A DNA stretch of 64,000 nt from NCBI GenBank assembly GCA_963836955.1, contig CAWILO010000004.1, forward strand, positions 152,916-216,915. The letters run 5' to 3'. How positions within the stretch are numbered: the first letter of the stretch is position 1; every line of letters begins with the position of its first letter. The stretch is from an uncultured delta proteobacterium. GTDB taxonomy: Bacteria; Desulfobacterota; Binatia; Binatales; Binataceae. Shown in pieces: positions 38,459 to 47,198 of this stretch. A program made the position numbers and the translations under genes. The notes beneath the pieces are model-generated. The model was given only the letters and a program-made list of their open reading frames with translations, did not search any database and was not told the DNA's origin.

Positions 38459-39790
38459 CTAATAGTAATCGACCGGATCGATCTGCCGCTTTGCGCCCCA
38501 GTAGAAGAGCATGTTCTCGGTCAGCCCCTGCCAGGTGAACTTACCCGGCGGCATCAGCAGCCGCTTGAACATCGACTTCAGCGAGTAGAACTCCTTCGTG
38601 CAACGCCACACGCCTTCCTCGACTTCCTGCGGCGACATATTCTTGGGCACGAACATGCAGCGGAAGTTGTTGGTATAGAGGTCGGCGTCGGGGATTATCA
38701 CGCGGCCCTCGTTCTCGAGTTGCGTGCGCATCGGCGTGCCGACGCGCGGCGTCACCGTGTTGAAGAAAGCCTCAGGCGCCTTGACCTCGTGCAGGAACTT
38801 CAGGGTGTCGTCGAAAATGCCCGGATGATCCTCTTCCAGCCCGAACAGGAAGTTGAGCGAGTAGTAAATCCCATATTTTTCGAGCTTCTTGAGCAGCTTC
38901 TTGTACTGCCCCGCGTGATTCTGAATCTTGTTCATCGACAGAAGGCTTTCCTGGCTGATCGATTCCACTCCGATATTGACGTGGAAAATTCCCGCCTTCG
39001 CCGCCAGCTCCAGCAAATCGTCGTCGTGATTCGAGTTGATCGTCCAGAGGCACGAGAAGCGGATGTTGAGCGGCTCCAGCGCCTTGAACAGCTCACGCGC
39101 AAACTTGTGCTTGCCGGTGATCTGATCGTCGATGAATTGAAAGCGCCTGAAGCCGGTAATCTTGACGACCTGTTTTATCTCCTCGACGATGTCCTCGATC
39201 GGGCGCGTCCGATACGCGCCGTCATAGAAGACCGGGATCTCGCAGAAGGAGCATCGATAAGGGCATCCGCGGCTCGCCTGCACCGGCACCGCCTTGAACA
39301 GGTAGCGATTGAGCTTGAGCAGCTCGTGGCGAGGGCGCGGCAGGTTCTTCAGGTCGTGCATCTTGTCGGCTTTGTAGATTTGCTTGAGCTTGCCGTCGCG
39401 CCAGTCCTGCAGCAGTTCGGGCCACACCAGGTCAGCCTCGCCCTGCACGACCGCATCGCAATGATGGAGAGCTTCTTCGGTCTGCAGCGTCGCATGGAAT
39501 CCGCCGAACACAACCGGGATACCGCGCTTGCGGAACTCGTCGCCGAGCTGGTACGCGCGCAGCGACGCGCCAATGGTGGTCGTCATGCCGACCAGGTCCC
39601 ATCCGCCGTCGAAATTGATTTCCTCGAGGCGCTCGTCACATAGCGTTACGTCGTAATCGTCCGGCGTCAGTCCTGCCATCAATGGAATCATCAGACCCAT
39701 GATCAGCCGCCAGCGCGTTTTATGCGGTGTGCCGTCGAGATGGACGGTGGTGGGTTGCACCAACAGGATACGTGGCTTCTTACCGTTCAT
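38459..39790 (-). CDS. B12-binding radical SAM protein
   Basis: N-terminal cobalamin-binding domain (VVFGGFHAT, GEAD), SRGCPYRCSFC, FIDD, IGVES. Confidence 0.92.
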   Translation of the reverse strand: MNGKKPRILLVQPTTVHLDGTPHKTRWRLIMGLMIPLMAGLTPDDYDVTLCDERLEEINFDGGWDLVGMTTTIGASLRAYQLGDEFRKRGIPVVFGGFHATLQTEEALHHCDAVVQGEADLVWPELLQDWRDGKLKQIYKADKMHDLKNLPRPRHELLKLNRYLFKAVPVQASRGCPYRCSFCEIPVFYDGAYRTRPIEDIVEEIKQVVKITGFRRFQFIDDQITGKHKFARELFKALEPLNIRFSCLWTINSNHDDDLLELAAKAGIFHVNIGVESISQESLLSMNKIQNHAGQYKKLLKKLEKYGIYYSLNFLFGLEEDHPGIFDDTLKFLHEVKAPEAFFNTVTPRVGTPMRTQLENEGRVIIPDADLYTNNFRCMFVPKNMSPQEVEEGVWRCTKEFYSLKSMFKRLLMPPGKFTWQGLTENMLFYWGAKRQIDPVDYY

Positions 39791-39822
39791 ACTTCCTCCG
39801 CCTGCAGGCCTCGGTTCCCTTC

Positions 39823-41040
39823 CTACAGGCTTTCAGGTTCCATGGACGATTGGGTCCGGCCGGTAATCCAGATCAGGAGCAGCGCAAACACATAAGTACC
39901 GAACGCCGTCCCCCAAGCGAAGTACTCTAGCCGATTAATTAGAGCTAATACCACGAGTAAGTATGCGAAATCGCGGCCACTCCATCGATCGACCTTGTCC
40001 AGCCATGCGGCAGCCTGCGCGCCTTTCATTTTGAACGCCCGCCATGTGGCGTATGCACACATTGTGAATCCGCCGAGCAGGACAGGAATCAGGTACAGGT
40101 AGGCGCGGCTGTGATCGACCCGGTAGCATCCAACCAGCAGGCCGACGAACACTGCGGCGTGGACGATATTGTCAGTGAGCACGTCGAGCGCCCCACCGAA
40201 ATCGCTCTCGATCATTTTGAGCCGCGCGAGTTCGCCGTCGACGCCGTCGATCGTGATCGAGGTCAAAAAGAAAATCGCCGCGAACAGGCGCATCCAGTAG
40301 TTAGGCACAGCGAACATCCAGGCGCACGCCAGCCCGAATATCGTGTTGGCGACCGTGACCATGTTGGGTGTGACCCCGGTATGTGTGGCGAGCCAGTAGC
40401 TGATTCGCCACGAAATCCGCCGGTCGACCCATCGCGCCATCGGCGCATCTTTGTGCGCTGATTCCTCGCGAATTGTCTTCGCCAGCCGCAGTTCCGCTTC
40501 CTCGCGATCCTCGGGCCGTCCGTTCAGCGCGAAGGGCAGCAGGCTGGCGGAGGGCGCCGCAACGGTGGTCGAAATTCCCCCACGCTTGAGAATCTCGCCG
40601 ACGGGTCCGGTCGCGATTTCACCGCCACGGTCGCGATCGGTGCTGACGACCCGGTGTACTGACTGCGGGTTAGACGCGTGCGCGTCGAGGACCCGCGCCA
40701 GCTGCGATTTCGCGAATACCAGGTTCCCGGAGAAGGACACGCAAGGCGACGACGGGTCGATGCCTATTTCCTGCGCATTCCGATGATTCAGAATCTCACT
40801 GAACGATTCGACCATCGAAACCGTGTCGTAATTTTTGAACCGGCCCATCGCGCGAGCGACGTCCGGATATTGCTCGCGCGGCGCAGCCACGACAAACCGT
40901 TTGATCCCGGCGCGCTCGCAATTAATCATCAGCCGCTCTAACAGCGGGCGGCCGAAGACCGCATTATCCGCGCGGTCAGGTGCAGCGATTAGAGCAGTTT
41001 CAATCACCAACGTCTTCGTTAAACCTAGTCTTCCCCCCAA
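39823..41040 (-). CDS. CDP-alcohol phosphatidyltransferase with degenerate N-terminal NTP-transferase-like domain
   Basis: TPNMVT and DGVDGELARLK...FGGALDVLTD signature; N-terminal VFGRPLLER. Confidence 0.88.
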   Translation of the reverse strand: MGGRLGLTKTLVIETALIAAPDRADNAVFGRPLLERLMINCERAGIKRFVVAAPREQYPDVARAMGRFKNYDTVSMVESFSEILNHRNAQEIGIDPSSPCVSFSGNLVFAKSQLARVLDAHASNPQSVHRVVSTDRDRGGEIATGPVGEILKRGGISTTVAAPSASLLPFALNGRPEDREEAELRLAKTIREESAHKDAPMARWVDRRISWRISYWLATHTGVTPNMVTVANTIFGLACAWMFAVPNYWMRLFAAIFFLTSITIDGVDGELARLKMIESDFGGALDVLTDNIVHAAVFVGLLVGCYRVDHSRAYLYLIPVLLGGFTMCAYATWRAFKMKGAQAAAWLDKVDRWSGRDFAYLLVVLALINRLEYFAWGTAFGTYVFALLLIWITGRTQSSMEPESL

Positions 41041-41285
41041 GCTCTCGTAGTCGGCGCCACGGTAACACAGCGGTAACGCCGATGGAAGTAGCCCTGCTAC
41101 TAGCTTCCAGCTCTAATTATGAGTTCGGCTTTCATCTGATGCCAGCCCTTGTCGAGTGGATCGTAAGGCGGAAAATCGGGTTCTCCAAGGTACATTGCCA
41201 AACAGCTCGCGCTATTTCCAATCGCCCACCTTAGTTGCAGCCGAAACTAGAGGATACCTATCGCGGCTGGTAAACTGACCATTTC

Positions 41286-42026
41286 ATGGGCACCATTACC
41301 GCCTTGCTATTCGATTTCGGCGGCACGCTCGACGGGCCGGCGCATTGGCTCGACCGTTTCCTCTTGAGCTACCGCGCTGCCGGGGTCGAAATATCACGCG
41401 CCGAACTCGACCCGGCGTTCGATCATGCGACCCGTATCGGCTACGGCGCGACGCGGGTCGTGGCGCGGTTCGGGATGACGGACCTGGTGCGATTCCTCGT
41501 CGGCCATCAATTCGAATATCTCCAAAAAAGCGGGCCGGAGGCGCTCCGCAAGGTACTCGAGGATTCCGGCGCCGCCGGACGCCATCGCTTCGTCGAAGAC
41601 GTGACAAAATCGTTCGTCCGTGAGACATCGGCTGGCCTGGCGCATAGCCGCGACGTCATCGGCTCTCTCAAGAGCCGCTTCAAGCTGGGAATCGTTTCGA
41701 ACTTTTATGGAAATCTGGACCGGATCCTCGAAGAGGCGAGGCTGGATCGATTCTTCGCGGCAGTTGCTGATTCATCGCGCGTCGGAATCTTCAAACCCGA
41801 GCTGGGCATCTTCGCAGCCGCTTTAAGAAAACTTAATTGTGCACCCGAATCGGCTGCGATGATTGGAGACTCTCTCGCGAAGGATTGCGTGCCCGCACAT
41901 GAGCTCGGGATGCGGACCGTTTGGCTGCGCACCGAGTCGCAACGCGGCGACGATGCTTCCGGGGCGCACGCCGCCGCCGATATCACGATCCGAACGATCG
42001 ACGAAGTTGCGCAAATTCAATGGTGA
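41286..42026 (+). CDS. HAD family hydrolase
   Basis: LFDFGGTLD, IVSNFYGN, KPELGIF, MIGDSLAKD. Confidence 0.9.
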   Translation: MGTITALLFDFGGTLDGPAHWLDRFLLSYRAAGVEISRAELDPAFDHATRIGYGATRVVARFGMTDLVRFLVGHQFEYLQKSGPEALRKVLEDSGAAGRHRFVEDVTKSFVRETSAGLAHSRDVIGSLKSRFKLGIVSNFYGNLDRILEEARLDRFFAAVADSSRVGIFKPELGIFAAALRKLNCAPESAAMIGDSLAKDCVPAHELGMRTVWLRTESQRGDDASGAHAAADITIRTIDEVAQIQW

Positions 42027-42751
42027 CGAGATTGCAAGGAGCAATTATTGCCGCGGGCCGTGGCGACCGGCTGCGCGTCTCGACGCGCGACGACATTCCC
42101 AAGCCGCTCGTCATGCTCGGCGGTGAGGCGATGCTCTCGCGGCAGGCGCGCGCACTGATCGACGCGGGCGCGTCGTCAGTTGTCGCGGTGATCAACTCCG
42201 AGACGGCGCGCGTCGCGAGTGAGAACCAAATTGCGCTCGAGGTTCCGTCGTCGGTCCGGCTCGTGGTTCGCGACACCGCCAACTCGATGGAAACGATGCT
42301 GGCGCTTGGTGACGAGTTAGCATCAGGATGGTTTATAGCGTCGACGGTCGACGCTGTAATTCCACAGGCGGAATTGGCGCGTTTTGTTAATGAGTCGCGA
42401 CGGAAAATCGAGGATTGTGGCGACAAAAAACTAGTCGGTGTGCTGGCTGTCACAAAATGGCGCGGTGAAGCCAAGCCGCTTTTCGCCGATGTAACAGAGA
42501 ACGGGTTGATCCTGCGCCTCGGCAACCGTCAGACTTCTATGGTGACGGCAGGACTCTATTTCCTGTCGACCCGAATTTTCGACTTCGCCGCCGACGCGCG
42601 CCGCGCGGGACTCGATGCGCTCCGACGCTTTCTTGGACTGATTATCGAACGCGGGATGCGGCTGGATGCGATCGAGGTCGAAGGATCAATTGATGTGGAT
42701 GAGGCGGAGGACCTCGACGCCGCGCGCCTCGCAACACGGAAGATGCCATGA
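42020..42751 (+). CDS. Nucleotidyltransferase (NTP-transferase family)
   Basis: AIIAAGRGDRL...PKPL, STVD, IDVDEAEDL. Confidence 0.85.
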   Translation: MVTRLQGAIIAAGRGDRLRVSTRDDIPKPLVMLGGEAMLSRQARALIDAGASSVVAVINSETARVASENQIALEVPSSVRLVVRDTANSMETMLALGDELASGWFIASTVDAVIPQAELARFVNESRRKIEDCGDKKLVGVLAVTKWRGEAKPLFADVTENGLILRLGNRQTSMVTAGLYFLSTRIFDFAADARRAGLDALRRFLGLIIERGMRLDAIEVEGSIDVDEAEDLDAARLATRKMP

Positions 42752-43569
42752 GCTATAGAGCTTTGGGAATTTATCGGGAACCCGAGTTTTCACCGGGCAA
42801 GGTCGAGGCTGACGCCGCGATTCTCGACGCCACCTTGTCTGAACTCAAGCGCGAGGGTGTCGAGATCCAGACGATCGATGCGGTCAGTTTCGCAGTGGCT
42901 CTGCCCGTTCGCGCCGATCTCGTGCTGCCGATGTGCCAAGGGCCGCGCGCGCTCAAGCGGCTGGCTGAAATCGAGCAGGCGGGGGCTATAGCGATGAACT
43001 CCGCGCTCTCGATTCGCAATTGCTACCGCGATTTGCTCGCGCCCGGTCTCGAGCGCGCCGGAGTGCCCACACCGCCGGGCGTGCTGGTCGCGACAGACGT
43101 GCCGCTCGATACGCGCAAGCTTGCCGCGCTGGATTTATCGGCGGGTGTGTTCGTCAAGCGCGGCGACTTGCACGCACTCGCGCCTGAAGACGTTCAGCGG
43201 GCGGCCGATCGTGCGGAGATCGAGTCGATCCTCGCCGATTTCGCGCGCCGCGGAATCCGCTTCGCCTACATGCAGCAGGAAGTCGTTGGACGGGTCGTGA
43301 AATTTTACGGCGTCAGCGGCGGTACGCATTTCAGCGTGCATCCGGAGGACGAGGAAGTCGCCGAAGCCGCTGTGCGCGCGCTGTCGGAGGCGGCAACCGC
43401 TGCGGCCGGTGCGCTCGGCCTCGAGGCGTGGGGCGGAGACGCGGTCTTGAGTGGCGATCGTTTTGCGATTATCGATTTTAACGACTGGCCCAGTTACAGC
43501 CGGGTGCGCGGACCTGCCGCGCGTGCGATCGCACGCCGCGCGATGAGTCTGCTTGGCCGCCCGCGCTAG
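42748..43569 (+). CDS. ATP-grasp-like hypothetical protein
   Basis: GVPTP, VFVKRGD, QQEVVG.VVKFYGV, WGGDAV...IIDFNDWPS resemble ATP-grasp motifs. Confidence 0.65.
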   Translation: MSYRALGIYREPEFSPGKVEADAAILDATLSELKREGVEIQTIDAVSFAVALPVRADLVLPMCQGPRALKRLAEIEQAGAIAMNSALSIRNCYRDLLAPGLERAGVPTPPGVLVATDVPLDTRKLAALDLSAGVFVKRGDLHALAPEDVQRAADRAEIESILADFARRGIRFAYMQQEVVGRVVKFYGVSGGTHFSVHPEDEEVAEAAVRALSEAATAAAGALGLEAWGGDAVLSGDRFAIIDFNDWPSYSRVRGPAARAIARRAMSLLGRPR

Positions 43570-43612
43570 AATCGCGCCGGAAATTCAAATAAGGATTCGG
43601 ACCGCCAATCAA

Positions 43613-44977
43613 TTGAAGACAACTACCAACGGAAAACTTCCGGCAATCAGGACCGCCGTTCCTGGACCCAAGTCGAAGGAGATCTTCGACCTCGAACAAA
43701 AATATATCGCCCCGGGCCGTCAGCGAATCTCGCTGCTCGCCGGCCTCGCGTTCGATCACGGCGAAGGCGCGACTCTTACCGACGCCGACGGCAACACTTA
43801 CGTAGATTTTTTCGCGGGCGTCGCAGTCGCAAGCCTCGGTCATGCGCATCCTGGCATGGCGCAGGCGCTGTCGAACCAGGCGTCGCGGCTGATGGTCGGC
43901 ACCTTCGCCACCAAAGAGCGCGCGGCCGCGTTCAAGGCGCTGGCTGAAGTCGCGCCCGCCGGCCTGACTCGGGCACATCTATATAGCGGCGGTGCGGAGG
44001 CAGTCGAAGCTGCCTTGCGGCTCGCGCGCTCTGCTACTGGAAAGCATGAGGCCGTGAGCTTCTGGGGCGGCTTCCACGGCAAGACCGGTGGCGTTCTAGG
44101 ACTGATCGGCGACGAATCGAAGCAAGGCTACGGACCGTTGCAGGGCGGACAGTACACAGTTCCATACGCGGACTGCTACCGATGCCCGTTCAAGTTGAAG
44201 TATCCCGACTGCGGGCTGTACTGCGTCGATTTCGCGCGCCAGCAAATCAAGATGAGCTCCAGCGGCGCGCTCGCTGCGATTGTCGCCGAGCCGATGCAAG
44301 GCACGGCCGGCAACGTGATCCCGCCCGACGACTGGCTGCCCGCGGTTAAATCCGTCGCCAAGGATTTCGGCGCGATGCTGATAGCCGACGAAATGATCAC
44401 CGGCTTCGGACGGACCGGAAAATGGTGGGGCGTCGAGCATAGCGGCGTCCGTCCCGATATCGTCACCGTCGGCAAGGGGATGGGCTCCGGATTTCCTGTT
44501 TCGGGGGTGCTGCTAAGCGACGAACTGGGCAAAGCGGAGCCGTTCTCGAAGCCGAGTGCGTCGTCGTCGAGCTACGGCGGAAATCCGCTGGCGGCGGTGG
44601 CGGTGGCGGAAACGATCGGCGCGATTCAGCGACAGCACCTGGTCGAAAACTCGCGCAAGGTCGGCGCAAGGATGCTGTCGAAGCTGACTCAGCTCAAAGA
44701 AAAATACGAGTTTATCGGCGACGTCCGCGGCAAAGGGTTGCTGATTGGCGTCGAGCTCGTACGCGATCTCGAAACCAAGGAACTGCTCGGCAAGAAAGTC
44801 ACCGAGCTGATCTTCGCCGAATGCCTCAAGCGCGGACTCGTCATCATGGGCTACTTCCCCAAGATTCGAATCAACCCCGCGCTGGTTATCACCGAAGCGC
44901 AGGCCGAGGCCGGCGTCGAGATAATGGACGAAGTGTTCGCGCATGTCCGCGACCACGTTGACTGGCAGCACGCGTAA
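43613..44977 (+). CDS. Class III PLP aminotransferase (GABA-AT-like)
   Basis: DADGNTYVDF, GGAEAVE, GFHGKT, AEPMQG, IADEMITGFGRTG, VGKGMGSG; start inferred (ORF open from 43553). Confidence 0.92.
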   Translation: MKTTTNGKLPAIRTAVPGPKSKEIFDLEQKYIAPGRQRISLLAGLAFDHGEGATLTDADGNTYVDFFAGVAVASLGHAHPGMAQALSNQASRLMVGTFATKERAAAFKALAEVAPAGLTRAHLYSGGAEAVEAALRLARSATGKHEAVSFWGGFHGKTGGVLGLIGDESKQGYGPLQGGQYTVPYADCYRCPFKLKYPDCGLYCVDFARQQIKMSSSGALAAIVAEPMQGTAGNVIPPDDWLPAVKSVAKDFGAMLIADEMITGFGRTGKWWGVEHSGVRPDIVTVGKGMGSGFPVSGVLLSDELGKAEPFSKPSASSSSYGGNPLAAVAVAETIGAIQRQHLVENSRKVGARMLSKLTQLKEKYEFIGDVRGKGLLIGVELVRDLETKELLGKKVTELIFAECLKRGLVIMGYFPKIRINPALVITEAQAEAGVEIMDEVFAHVRDHVDWQHA

Positions 44978-44992
44978 GCGAAATCTTTTTCG

Positions 44993-45469
44993 ATGGCCAA
45001 CCCGAACGGCAACGCGGCGCTGTTCTTCGATTTGGGCGGTACCCTCGTCAAACTCAACGACGAGCGCGAGATTCCGCTCGACGCAAACGGCAACATTGTA
45101 GTCGAACTGCTTCCGGGCGTGACGGAAAAGCTTCGCCCCCTGCATAACCATCTGATGTTCGTCGTGACCAACCAGGCGGGGATCACGCGCGGACGGCTGA
45201 CGGCGGAAAAAGTCGAGGCGGCTCTTCGGCAGCTCGACCATCAGCTCGGCGACATCCTCACCGCGTGGCAAGTCTGCCCGCATACCGACGACGACAAATG
45301 CGAATGCCGCAAACCCAAGGGCGGAATGATCGCAGAGCTAGCCGACCAGTACGGAGTGGACCTGGCATCGTCAACGATGGTCGGCGATCAGGAAGTCGAC
45401 AGGCTCGCAGGCGAAGCTGCAGGCGTCGCGAAGTTCGTCGCAGCCGAGGACTTCTTCGGCTGGAAGTAG
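44993..45469 (+). CDS. HAD-IIIA hydrolase (GmhB/HisB-N-like)
   Basis: FFDLGGTL, VVTNQAGI, CPH....CECRKPK, MVGD. Confidence 0.85.
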   Translation: MANPNGNAALFFDLGGTLVKLNDEREIPLDANGNIVVELLPGVTEKLRPLHNHLMFVVTNQAGITRGRLTAEKVEAALRQLDHQLGDILTAWQVCPHTDDDKCECRKPKGGMIAELADQYGVDLASSTMVGDQEVDRLAGEAAGVAKFVAAEDFFGWK

Positions 45470-45491
45470 GGGACGGGTAGATCACACTTAA

Positions 45492-45690
45492 TGTGAAACC
45501 CGCGGTGGGTTTCACACTTCCTTGGGCAGGGGTGACCCCTGCACCCAATGACAAAAGAAAAGATGCGGGACTTCGTCCCTGTTAGAACTTTTTTGGGGCG
45601 GAGGCTTGGGTGAGGATCCGAAACTTACCTCGCCCGTTATTTTCACGAGAGAGGCGGCCGACCGCATCGCGGTCGGTAGGTGAGGGTTCC
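45492..45690. repeat. Cluster of perfect hairpins / REP-like elements
   Basis: TGTGAAACCC-gcggt-GGGTTTCACA; GCAGGGG-tga-CCCCTGC; CCGACCGC-atc-GCGGTCGG. Confidence 0.55.
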
Positions 45691-45806
45691 GAGGCTCCAG
45701 ATGCAAGTGTGCAACGTGCGTCGTCTTTTCGTTTCGTCCTTCCTTTGTCTGTCGTCTTTTTTTTGTGTCATTCTGAGCGCAGCGAATGAGCGAGGAGAAA
45801 ACAAAA

Positions 45807-46658
45807 ATGAAAATCGGATTGCTTACCCCCTTCACTGGCAAAAATGCGCATCCCGGAGAATTTGCTCGAGTCGCCGAGTCTCTCGGCTTCGAATCCATTT
45901 GGGTGCCCGAGCATCCCGCGATGCCCGCCAATCCCAAGCAGCAGTTTCCCACCGGCGGTCCGATTCCGCCCGCGTACTTCACGATGGCCGATCAGATGAT
46001 CGCGCTCGCGATGGCCGCCGCCACTACCAAGAATCTCAAACTCGCCACCGGCATCTGCCTCGTCCCGGAGCATGAGCCGCTCACTCTCGCCAAACAGTTC
46101 GCGACTCTGGACGCATACTCGGGCGGCCGTGTGCTGTTCGGGATTGGCGCGGGATGGTTGCGCGAGGAGAGCGATCTGTTCGGCGTCGATTTTCCCCATC
46201 GATGGACCGAGACTGCCGAGATAGTCTCCGCGATGCGCAAGCTGTGGACCGAGGACCAGGCATCGTTCGAGGGCAAGTACGTAAAGTTCCCGCCAGTGAA
46301 ATCGCTGCCGAAACCCGCGCAGAAATCGGGACCGCCCGTGCTGATCGGCAGCCTCGACAAGAACGCGCTCAAGCGCGTGGCGAAGTGGGCCGACGGATGG
46401 TGTCCTATCGCACTCAACGCCTCGCAGTTGAAGACGCGGGTCGATGAGCTCAAGCGCGAGTGCCAGGCGGTCGGCAGGAACTTCTCGGAATTGGACATCA
46501 CGATCATGGGCGGAATCCGCGGCGATCGCGCAACTGTGCAGGCCGGGCTCAAGGAATTTGCGGAAGCAGGAGCGGGTCGATTCGTCGCAGGGCTGGGAGA
46601 TCTAACGTTCGAGAGCTCAGAGGGAACGCTGAAGAAGATCGCCGCGCTGTACGTTTAG
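45807..46658 (+). CDS. LLM-class (probably F420-dependent) oxidoreductase
   Basis: AESLGFESIWVPEH, LATGI, LAKQFATLD, GIGAGW..EE, PKPAQ, WADGW. Confidence 0.9.
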   Translation: MKIGLLTPFTGKNAHPGEFARVAESLGFESIWVPEHPAMPANPKQQFPTGGPIPPAYFTMADQMIALAMAAATTKNLKLATGICLVPEHEPLTLAKQFATLDAYSGGRVLFGIGAGWLREESDLFGVDFPHRWTETAEIVSAMRKLWTEDQASFEGKYVKFPPVKSLPKPAQKSGPPVLIGSLDKNALKRVAKWADGWCPIALNASQLKTRVDELKRECQAVGRNFSELDITIMGGIRGDRATVQAGLKEFAEAGAGRFVAGLGDLTFESSEGTLKKIAALYV

Positions 46659-46665
46659 GGGAAAT

Positions 46666-46726
46666 CACCTCTCCCCTCGGGAGAGGTCGCGCCTCCGGCG
46701 CGGCCCCTCCCGATTGGAGAGGTGAA
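46666..46726. repeat. REP-like palindromic element between convergent genes
   Basis: TCACCTCTCC...GGAGAGGTGA outer inverted repeat with internal hairpins. Confidence 0.55.
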
Positions 46727-46733
46727 GAGTTTC

Positions 46734-46973
46734 TCAAATTTCGTCGCGCAGGATTCTTGTCGCTATTACCAGTGCGGTCGCCCCTGCCGTGGACATCAGA
46801 ATCGCGCCGATGAAGTTATGCGCTTGTACACCTAACACCGCGAAGATCATTCCTCCGATCACTCCGCCGAGCAGGCCGAGCACTATGTCCGCCATCATGC
46901 CGTAGCCGTTGCCGTTGAGGATTTTGCCTGCCAGCCATCCCGAGATAAGTCCGATTAGAATCCATGCGAACAT
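46734..46973 (-). CDS. GlsB/YeaQ/YmgE family stress-response membrane protein
   Basis: WILIGLISGWLAGKI...DIVLGLLGGVIGG. Confidence 0.88.
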   Translation of the reverse strand: MFAWILIGLISGWLAGKILNGNGYGMMADIVLGLLGGVIGGMIFAVLGVQAHNFIGAILMSTAGATALVIATRILRDEI

Positions 46974-47198
46974 GATTTCGCCTGCCTCCCTGATGTTTCG
47001 GCCGCTAAGCCGGAAAATCCGGCGTCGCTGCCTTAATTGGGCAGAGAGCAAGAGCGTTGCCATCGGGGATTAGAGCGAATCTGCTGATCAATTCCTTCGA
47101 AACGCGGCGTAGTCGATGCCGTGTTTCGACTGCACCGCCGCGTTGCGGCTGCGGCGGGTTGCTCGCGCTGTTGGTTTAGCTGAAACTCATCGGCGCGG

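Noticed and set aside
43553-44977. Calling the aminotransferase hpnO
   Set aside because: It is the same class, but the N-terminus (IRTAVPGPKS) is GABA-AT-like and the gene belongs to a different operon; it cannot be assigned without phylogeny.
38459-45469. Phosphonate biosynthesis cluster
   Set aside because: No PEP mutase (EDK..PK.NS motif) or phosphonopyruvate decarboxylase is in the window, and the aminotransferase is class III rather than AEP-type class V.
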